Positions 41,372-47,798 of a stretch of DNA of 47,798 nucleotides are shown here, one piece after another. The number at the start of each line of letters is the position of its first letter. Position 1 is the first letter of the stretch. The stretch lies in NCBI GenBank assembly GCA_035493195.1, contig DATJIM010000293.1:1-47798 (forward strand), given 5' to 3'. This DNA is from Caldimonas sp. Its GTDB lineage: Bacteria; Pseudomonadota; Gammaproteobacteria; Burkholderiales; Burkholderiaceae_C. Below the pieces are notes generated by a model that had not been told where the DNA came from, did not search any database, and was given only the letters and a program-made list of their open reading frames with translations. The position numbers and the translations under genes were made by a program.

Positions 41372-41464
41372 TCGGGGCGCCGGTCGCGCCGGCGAGATCG
41401 GGACAGACCACTCTTGCGACGCCCGCCGGCGTTGCTAGAGTGAGTGTCTTTCCGAAGGACGCCG

Positions 41465-42493
41465 ATGCATCGCCGAACACTGATACTGTCGACCGTCGCC
41501 GCGGCGATCGCCGGGCCGCGCCTGGCCGCCGCACAGGCAGTCGAGAAGCCCAAGCTCACGGTCGCGGTCGGCGGCAAGAACCTGCTCTACTACCTGCCGC
41601 TCACGATCGCCGAGACGCAGGGTTATTACAAGCAGGAAGGCCTCGAGGTCACGATCGCCGACTTCGCCGGCGGCTCGCGCGCCCTGCAGGCGATGATCGG
41701 CGGCAGCGCCGACATCGTCTCGGGCGCGTTCGAGCACACGATCAACATGCAGGTCAAGGGCCAGCGGCTGCGCGCGTTCGCGCTGCAGGGCCGGGCGCCG
41801 CAGATCGTCCTCGGCATCAATCCGAAGACGATGCCGAACTTCAAGTCGCTCGCCGAGCTGAAAGGCAAGAAGCTCGGCGTCACCGCGCCCGGCTCGTCGA
41901 CCAACATCCTCGCCAACTTCGTCCTCGCCAAGGTGGGGCTGAAGCCGGGCGACGTCGCGATCATCGGCATCGGCGCCGGCAGCGGCGCGGTCGCGGCGAT
42001 GCGCTCGGGGCAGATCGACGCGATCTCGAACCTCGACCCGGTGATCACGCAGCTGGCGCGCTCGGGCGACCTCAAGATCATCTCCGACACCCGCATCGTC
42101 GCCGAGGCCGACCGCGTCTTCGGCGGCCCGATGCCGGCCGGCTGCCTCTACACGCAGCAGACGTTCCTCGACAAGAACCCGAAGACGGCGCAGGCGCTCG
42201 CCAACGCGATCGTGCGCGCCGACAAGTGGATCCAGAACGCCGGCGCGAGCGACATCATCAAGGCGGTGCCCGAGAGCTATCTGCTCGGCGACCGCGCCGT
42301 CTACGTCGATGCGTTCATCGCCGCCAAGGGAGCGCTGTCGCCCGACGGCATGATCCCCGAGGCTGGGGCCGAGACGGCGCGGCGCGCGCTCGCGAGCATC
42401 GACCCCGAGATCGCGAACGCGAAGATCGATCTCGCGGCGATCTGGACCAACGACTACGTCAAGCGCGCGAACGCGAAGTACCCGAAGGGCTGA
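41465..42493 (+). CDS. ABC transporter substrate-binding protein, NitT/TauT family
   Basis: VGGKNLLYYLPLTIAE, DFAGGSRALQA..GGSAD, GVTAPGSST, NLDP. Confidence 0.92.
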   Translation: MHRRTLILSTVAAAIAGPRLAAAQAVEKPKLTVAVGGKNLLYYLPLTIAETQGYYKQEGLEVTIADFAGGSRALQAMIGGSADIVSGAFEHTINMQVKGQRLRAFALQGRAPQIVLGINPKTMPNFKSLAELKGKKLGVTAPGSSTNILANFVLAKVGLKPGDVAIIGIGAGSGAVAAMRSGQIDAISNLDPVITQLARSGDLKIISDTRIVAEADRVFGGPMPAGCLYTQQTFLDKNPKTAQALANAIVRADKWIQNAGASDIIKAVPESYLLGDRAVYVDAFIAAKGALSPDGMIPEAGAETARRALASIDPEIANAKIDLAAIWTNDYVKRANAKYPKG

Positions 42494-42565
42494 TGAACAA
42501 CGCGCACCGTCGGCGCGCGTTGTGCGACGGGTCGCGTGCGAGGCGAGCCCGCGCGCGGTCGACGA

Positions 42566-42856
42566 TCACTCGGCCGGCTGCTCGGCCGAAGCGCGCAGGC
42601 ACACGGCGCGGCGCTCGCGCTCGCTGTCGACCCAGGCGACCGCGTCCTCGACGGTCAGCTGGTAGATCGGCTGCGTCCGGTGCACGAAGGCGACCAGCGA
42701 CTGCATGCCGCGTCCGGCGTGTTCTTCGATCCTGCGCTCGACGATCGAGCGCGAAGGTGCCGTGCACGCGCTCGTGGCGGGTGCCGCGGCGGCAGCGATC
42801 GGGGCAGCGAGCGTGGCGACGACGGCGGTCAGGGCGAAAAGGCGAAGTGCGTTCAT
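42566..42856 (-). CDS. Small secreted hypothetical protein with two Cys
   Basis: CAGGAG RBS; signal peptide; RI...A.RG.QSL..FV.RT.PIYQL. Confidence 0.7.
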   Translation of the reverse strand: MNALRLFALTAVVATLAAPIAAAAAPATSACTAPSRSIVERRIEEHAGRGMQSLVAFVHRTQPIYQLTVEDAVAWVDSERERRAVCLRASAEQPAE

Positions 42857-42893
42857 TCGAAACTCCTGTCGACCAATTTGCGGCCGCGGACGA

Positions 42894-42982
42894 AAGTTAG
42901 ACTTCGTCCCCGGCCTCGTCACTGCCGATGAGACGGAACGCCATTCCGTCGCCGCGAACGCCCCCAGAGCCCGACGAAATTT
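42894..42982 (-). promoter_or_regulatory. Putative LytTR-type promoter (degenerate triple repeat plus -10)
   Basis: GAGACGGAACGC (42930), GCCGCGAACGCC (42951), CCGACGAAATTT (42971); TAACTT at 42894-42899. Confidence 0.5.
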
Positions 42983-43823
42983 GGTCGCCGCTTCCGCCCT
43001 CGCCCCGCCAGCGCCGTCATCGCGACCGGTTGCGCTCGCGCTCTCGGGCATCACCTGCGCGTTCGCCCAACGTGACCGGCCCGGCGAGCGCTACACCGCG
43101 GTGCGCGACGTCGATCTCGTGATCGGCGCCGGCGAGTTCGTCGCCGTCGTCGGGCCGACCGGGTGCGGCAAAAGCACGCTGCTCAACGTCGCAGCCGGGC
43201 TGCTCGCACCGAGCAGCGGCACGGTCGACGTCTTCGGCGAACGCCTCGCCGGAATCAATCGCCGCGCGGGCTACATGTTCCAGAGCGAGAGCCTGATGCC
43301 GTGGCGCACGGCGCTCGCCAACGTCGCCGCCGGGCTCGAGTTTCGCGGCACGCGCGACGCTGCCGCGCGCGCGCAAGAGTGGCTCAAGCGCGTCGGCCTG
43401 GGCGCGTTCCCCGATCGCTATCCGCACCAGCTCTCGGGCGGAATGCGCAAGCGCGTCAGCCTCGCGCAGACGCTCGTCCTCGACCCCGACATCCTGCTCA
43501 TGGACGAGCCGTTCTCGGCGCTCGACATCCAGACGCGCCAGCTGATGGAAAACGAGCTGCTGGCGCTCTGGGCCGAGAAGCAGAAGGCGGTGCTCTTCAT
43601 CACCCACGACCTCGACGAGGCGATCGCGCTCAGCGACCGCGTCGTCTGTCTTTCCGCCGGGCCGGCATCGCATCCGATCGGCGAGTTCGCGATCGACCTG
43701 CCGCGGCCGCGCGACGTCGCCGAGGTTCGCTCGACGCCGCGCTTCGTCGAGCTCCACCAGGCGATCTGGGCGGTGCTGCGCGAAGAGGTGCTGGCGGGAT
43801 ATCGCCAGCAGCTCGCGGTCTGA
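42981..43823 (+). CDS. ABC transporter ATP-binding protein, NitT/TauT family
   Basis: GPTGCGKST, LSGGMRKR, LLMDEPFSALD, ITHDLDEA; start uncertain (TTG 42981). Confidence 0.92.
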   Translation: MVAASALAPPAPSSRPVALALSGITCAFAQRDRPGERYTAVRDVDLVIGAGEFVAVVGPTGCGKSTLLNVAAGLLAPSSGTVDVFGERLAGINRRAGYMFQSESLMPWRTALANVAAGLEFRGTRDAAARAQEWLKRVGLGAFPDRYPHQLSGGMRKRVSLAQTLVLDPDILLMDEPFSALDIQTRQLMENELLALWAEKQKAVLFITHDLDEAIALSDRVVCLSAGPASHPIGEFAIDLPRPRDVAEVRSTPRFVELHQAIWAVLREEVLAGYRQQLAV

Positions 43824-43830
43824 CTCTTCT

Positions 43831-44334
43831 CTACTTGAGCGGATCGATCGGCAGCATCAAGGTGATGCGCGGTCGGGCGGCGACCCAGGCTGCGCACGCG
43901 TTCTCGCCGGCGAACTTCTGCGGGAAGTCGAACTTCTGCCAGCCGCCCTTGCGGCAATGGTCGACCGCGCTCGGCGGACCGCAGTGCCCCATCGTGTCGG
44001 GGACGTTCCTGCCCAGATCGGCTTGCCCTCCGTGTTGCGATAGCCGCGGGCAGGATGAACATGTTCTCCTCGACGGCGTCTTCTTTGCCCGCGTCCTTCC
44101 CGGGCTCATTGGGAACGAAGGCGCGGTGGACGCGGCCTTCGGAGGTTCGAACGCCTCGCCTGCACCGTAGAGCCTGGCTTCCGCGTCGCAACCGTCCTGG
44201 ACCGCGATCGTTCCGGACTTGACGACGTTGTAGACGTAGCCTGGGTGGTAGTGCCAGCCGCCGTTGTTCTCGTTGGCGTGCGTCGTGAGCGTGCGATGGA
44301 CGACGATGGCAGAGCCGCCTGACGCCCCGCGCAT
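43831..44334 (-). pseudogene. Cupin-domain gene with apparent internal frameshifts
   Basis: Cupin motif 1 GWHYHPGYVYNVVKSG and AGEAFE in one frame; continuation TSEGRVHRA...EENMFILP in another; C-terminal CGPP...C..GGW..F..P..F....AC returns to first frame. Confidence 0.6.
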
Positions 44335-44335
44335 G

Positions 44336-44423
44336 AACGTAGACGTTGTCTGCGCGTCGGCATCCGCAAGGCGACGAATCGGCGAGAGCTCCGACCAACC
44401 GGCAACCGCGCGCGACGAATCGG
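44336..44423 (-). promoter_or_regulatory. Putative LytTR-type promoter (triple direct repeat plus -10)
   Basis: GCGACGAATCGG (44371), CCGACCAACCGG (44391), GCGACGAATCGG (44412); TACGTT at 44336-44341. Confidence 0.7.
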
Positions 44424-44451
44424 GACGGCACCCTCTCGCTGCGGCTTCGCG

Positions 44452-45207
44452 CTACATCTGTCGGAACAGGTGCAGATAGGGATCGCTGACGAGCAGTCGG
44501 CGATCGACGCCTTTCAAGTGCACTTCGAGGCGGCCGTTGGGCAGACGATGCACCGAGTCGATCGCGTTGACGTTGACCACCGTGCTGCGGTGGATCTGCC
44601 AAAACACCTGCGGATCGAGTCCGCGCAAGAGCTCCTTCAGCGGCGTCGTGATGAGCGATTCCCCCTCGGCGGTGACGACGGCGACGTACTTGCTGTCGGC
44701 CTCGAAGCAGAGGACGTCCTCGATCGTGATGAGGCGGATGTCGCGGCCGCGCAGGACCGTGATCCAGCGCGTGCGCTCTTCGGATTCGGCAGGCTTGGCG
44801 AGCCGGTCGAGAAGATGGCGCAGGTCGGCAGGCGCGCTGCCGAGGCGTTCTTTCAGGCGCTGCACTGCACGAACGAGCCGCGCCGGCTGCAGCGGCTTGA
44901 CGAGATAGTCGACGGCACCTTCCTCGAACGCCTGCACCGCGTAGCGGTCGAATGCGGTGACGAAGACGACGTGCGCCTTGCTGCTGCTCAGCCGGGCGAC
45001 CTCGAGCCCGCTCAGGCCCGGCATCTGGACGTCGAGGAAGAGGACCTGCGGCTGCAGCCGCTCGATCGCCGCGAGCGCGGCGTGGCCGTCGTGGACGACG
45101 GCGCAGATGTCGAGCTCGGGCCACGCCCGTTCCAGCTCGTCGCGAATCTCGCCGGCGAGGAGCGGCTCGTCTTCTGCAATCAATGCGCTCGGTCGTGTCT
45201 GAGTCAT
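44452..45207 (-). CDS. LytTR (LytR/AlgR) family response regulator
   Basis: AEDEP, FLDVQMPG, FVTAFD.YAV.AFE..AVDYLVKP; LytTR ADSKY...FWQIHRS.VVN. Confidence 0.95.
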   Translation of the reverse strand: MTQTRPSALIAEDEPLLAGEIRDELERAWPELDICAVVHDGHAALAAIERLQPQVLFLDVQMPGLSGLEVARLSSSKAHVVFVTAFDRYAVQAFEEGAVDYLVKPLQPARLVRAVQRLKERLGSAPADLRHLLDRLAKPAESEERTRWITVLRGRDIRLITIEDVLCFEADSKYVAVVTAEGESLITTPLKELLRGLDPQVFWQIHRSTVVNVNAIDSVHRLPNGRLEVHLKGVDRRLLVSDPYLHLFRQM

Positions 45208-46319
45208 GGTTGAAGCGGCAGGTGCAGCGTCACTGTCGCGCCGGAATCCGTGGCGATCACGCTCGCCATGCCGCTGCCGTAGCCTTGGTCGAGGCGACGC
45301 TGCAGCTCGGCCAGGTCGCTGTTGTCGACCAGCGGTGCGTCATTGGCGTCCGCGCGAGCGAACACGAGATGGAGGGTGCCTTCGGCGACGCCCGCGTGAA
45401 TGCGAAGAGGTGCGCGCACCGCACCCTCGCGGCGCACGATTGTGCGAGCGATCGGAAGCACCAGCACCGGCGGAAGCGCCTGCGCCGCAGCCTCCGGTGC
45501 GATCTCGATCTCGATCGCGCGGCTCGCGTCGACGCAGCCATCGTGGACGCGCAGGTAGGCGACTGCGGTTGCGAGCTCGTGCTCGACCGTCGTGGCATCG
45601 CGGTCGTCGGGGCTGCTGCCGCCCGGCATCAGCAGTCGCAAGAGGGCAATCAGCTCGTCGAGCAACTGATCGGCACGTTCGTTCGCGCCGCTGCCCGCGA
45701 GCTCGCCGACGCGCTGCAAGCCGCTGAACAGGAGCTCCGGTTCGACGCGCGCCTGCATCGCGAGAAGCTGCGTCTGCCGCACGTGGCGCTCGGTCTTCGC
45801 GCGCTGCATCTCGCTCGAGCGCAGGAGCCGCGAGCTCGCCTCGCTCTCGCGCCACTGGAGATAGGCGGCTGTGCCGAATCCCGCCTGCACCATGAGCAGG
45901 ATCGAGCTGAAGAACATCTCCGTGCGCTGGACCGCGACCGGATCTTCCGGATCGAACCAGTTGTGGCCGCCGAGCGCCGCAGTCAGATACCACTTGATGA
46001 CCGACGTTGCCACGGCCGTTGCGAACACCGCCGTGCCATAGGCAAGGAGCGGCCGGGCACCGTGGCGTACGTAGGCGTCCGCCGCGGCGAAGCCGATGAC
46101 GACCGCGACCCCGGTGACCAGGGATCCCGGAACCTTGAGCAGCAGGCTGTGCCCTCTCAGGTATTCCGAAAACAGGTAATGGCCGTTCAGCAGCGCGTGG
46201 AGCAGGGCAACGACGAGCACGGCCACGAGATGTCTGCGCCCGAGTCCGTGCAACGCCTCGAGCAGCGGTGCCAGGCGGCGGTGCGTTCCGGAAATACCCT
46301 GAAGGAAGGGAACGTTCAT
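45204..46319 (-). CDS. Degenerate LytS-type histidine kinase (pseudokinase)
   Basis: 4 TM; QARVEPELLFSGL in place of QAQ.EPHFLFN.L; no ENA.KHG or D.G.G boxes; ATGA-coupled on both sides. Confidence 0.75.
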   Translation of the reverse strand: MNVPFLQGISGTHRRLAPLLEALHGLGRRHLVAVLVVALLHALLNGHYLFSEYLRGHSLLLKVPGSLVTGVAVVIGFAAADAYVRHGARPLLAYGTAVFATAVATSVIKWYLTAALGGHNWFDPEDPVAVQRTEMFFSSILLMVQAGFGTAAYLQWRESEASSRLLRSSEMQRAKTERHVRQTQLLAMQARVEPELLFSGLQRVGELAGSGANERADQLLDELIALLRLLMPGGSSPDDRDATTVEHELATAVAYLRVHDGCVDASRAIEIEIAPEAAAQALPPVLVLPIARTIVRREGAVRAPLRIHAGVAEGTLHLVFARADANDAPLVDNSDLAELQRRLDQGYGSGMASVIATDSGATVTLHLPLQP

Positions 46320-47428
46320 GCGCGTGGCAGGAGGATGCTCGCGATCACGCCGTGCGGGACGTTGGACTCCAGGAGGAGCGAAGCCTTCGGACCGTGCAGC
46401 GTGCGCAGCCGCGCGCGGACGTTCGCCAGGCCCGTGCCGCCGCCGCGGCCCGGCACGATGCCGCGGCCGGTATCGGCGACGCTGAGGCGCACGGCTGCGC
46501 CGCCGTCGTCCTCGGCGGCGACGCGAATGCTGCCGCCTTCGGGCAACGGCGCCAGGCCGTGCTTGAGAGCGTTCTCGATCAGCGTCAGCAGCATCATCGG
46601 CGGGACCGGAGTCGCGCCGAGATCAGGGGGAATCGCGAACTCGACGTCGAGGCGCCGGCCCATCCGGATCTTGTGGACCGCGAGGTAGGCACGCGCGACC
46701 TCGGCTTCGCGCGCCAGCGTCGAATCGGCTTCGCGCAGGCGCGGCAGCGTCTGCTGCAGGTACTGCAGGAGATCGGCCAGCATCGCCTTGCCGGCGGCGG
46801 CATCGAGACGGCCGAGCCGGCGCACGTTGGCGAGCGAGTTGAAGAGGAAGTGCGGTTCGACCTGCGCCTGCAGCATCTGCAGCTCGGCTTCGGCGAGGCG
46901 CGCCTGCACCGCAACACGGCGCACTTCGCTTTCGTGCAGCGCCACCAGCGTCGCGCGGCGCTTCCAGAGCGCTTCGCGCCAGACGGCGATGAGGACGAGC
47001 CAGGTCACGTGATTTCCGACGAGCAGGCGCCATCCGGTCGCGTCGAACCCGTCGTCGTCGCCGAAGGCGGCCGCTGCGGCGACCTGCAGCGACGATGCCA
47101 GTACCGTCGCGGCCACCACGCCGCCGGCGAGTGCCAGCCAACGTCTGCGGCGGGCGGTCGGCAGCCTACGCTCGAGAACGAAAAGGAACGCGATCGCCGG
47201 TGCAAGCCCGCAGAACACGCTGATCGTCGAACTGGCGAAGGCCAGGAGCAGCTCCGCACGGTCGATGACCGGCATCTGATTGACGGCGATCTGCAGACCG
47301 AACGAGAACGCCAGGAGCGTCGCCAGCCAGAGCGCGACCGACGCGTCGCCGGCGAACGCGGTCCCGCGTCGGGAGGGGAGCTGGTCCGATCTCGCCGCTG
47401 ACCCGCGTTCCATCGACGTCTCGGCCAT
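46316..47428 (-). CDS. LytS-type (His_kinase) sensor histidine kinase
   Basis: 4 TM; QAQVEPHFLFNSL, RMG.RL, LIENALKHG, DTGRG, GTGLANVRARL. Confidence 0.93.
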   Translation of the reverse strand: MAETSMERGSAARSDQLPSRRGTAFAGDASVALWLATLLAFSFGLQIAVNQMPVIDRAELLLAFASSTISVFCGLAPAIAFLFVLERRLPTARRRRWLALAGGVVAATVLASSLQVAAAAAFGDDDGFDATGWRLLVGNHVTWLVLIAVWREALWKRRATLVALHESEVRRVAVQARLAEAELQMLQAQVEPHFLFNSLANVRRLGRLDAAAGKAMLADLLQYLQQTLPRLREADSTLAREAEVARAYLAVHKIRMGRRLDVEFAIPPDLGATPVPPMMLLTLIENALKHGLAPLPEGGSIRVAAEDDGGAAVRLSVADTGRGIVPGRGGGTGLANVRARLRTLHGPKASLLLESNVPHGVIASILLPRA

Positions 47429-47435
47429 TCGCCAC

Positions 47436-47523
47436 ACACTACACGACGCATCGGCCGGCGGCAGGCCGAACCGACGCTTCGGCGTACCGCACGACGAACG
47501 GGCATGGGCAGCCGACGATTCGG
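47436..47523 (-). promoter_or_regulatory. Putative LytTR-type autoregulated promoter (triple direct repeat plus -10, leaderless)
   Basis: CCGACGCTTCGG (47471), ACGACGAACGGG (47491), CCGACGATTCGG (47512); TAGTGT at 47436-47441, 7 nt before ATG 47428. Confidence 0.68.
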
Positions 47524-47554
47524 GTCGCTACAGTCCTTGCCTGACGACGCCCTC

Positions 47555-47798
47555 ATGAAGCACCTTCGCCTCTGGCAGCTCGCGCTGCTCGCCGCCGTCT
47601 TCGTCGCCTGGCACGTGCTGACGGCGCCGGGCCTTCTGCCCAACTTCTTCTTCGAGAACGACCGCCAAGCCGCATTCTTCTTCGGCGAGCCGATCAAGAT
47701 CTTCGAGCGGATCTGGGCGTGGTTCGTCACCCACCACGACATCTACGAGCACCTCGCAGTGACGCTCGTCGAGACCGTGCTCGCGTTCGCGATCGGCA
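47555..47798 (+). CDS. ABC transporter permease, NitT/TauT family (3' truncated by window edge)
   Basis: Translated by hand: MKHLRLWQLALL...FFFGEPIKIF..IW.WF....IYEHL.VTLVETVLAFAIG. Confidence 0.85.
   Translation, partial: MKHLRLWQLALLAAVFVAWHVLTAPGLLPNFFFENDRQAAFFFGEPIKIFERIWAWFVTHHDIYEHLAVTLVETVLAFAIG

Noticed and set aside
44335-44431. Frameshifted signal peptide for the cupin gene (VPSRFVARGCRLVGALA)
   Set aside because: The stretch is better explained by the triple-repeat promoter, which matches the one at 47471-47523

Overview
High-GC (roughly 70% by eye) bacterial chromosomal segment, most consistent with a betaproteobacterium of the Burkholderiales (inferred from gene content and a CTG-N10-CAG LexA box). 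About 46 protein-coding genes; no rRNA, tRNA, CRISPR array, integrase or transposase recognised. Left to right: a catabolic/transport block (NitT/TauT-type binding protein, GMC oxidoreductase, GntR/UTRA regulator, aldehyde dehydrogenase, TRAP DctPQM); a general-stress block (DUF4148-like repeat protein, pcm, transglutaminase-like TPR lipoprotein, two Hsp20 behind a sigma32-type promoter, GlsB/YeaQ, glycine-zipper protein, cardiolipin synthase); an isolated pair of T4 gp19/Afp1-type tail-tube genes with no sheath or baseplate nearby; gentisate genes; two diguanylate cyclases; a LexA-boxed UvrD-like helicase; OmpA-family lipoprotein, GT4, amidohydrolase and rlpA; a candidate conflict or cell-death module (YpsA-like SLOG protein, metacaspase, and a ~1,850-aa double-lipase/CHAT/TPR protein) facing a trypsin-FHA-SDR operon; and a NitT/TauT ABC operon interrupted twice by antisense inserts that form a LytTR mini-regulon (kinase, pseudokinase, response regulator, two targets) marked by triple direct repeats. 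Best candidates for an undescribed system: the SLOG-metacaspase-lipase/CHAT module, the sheathless tube pair, and the interdigitated LytTR regulon. All family calls are from motif recognition by eye; no searches were run.
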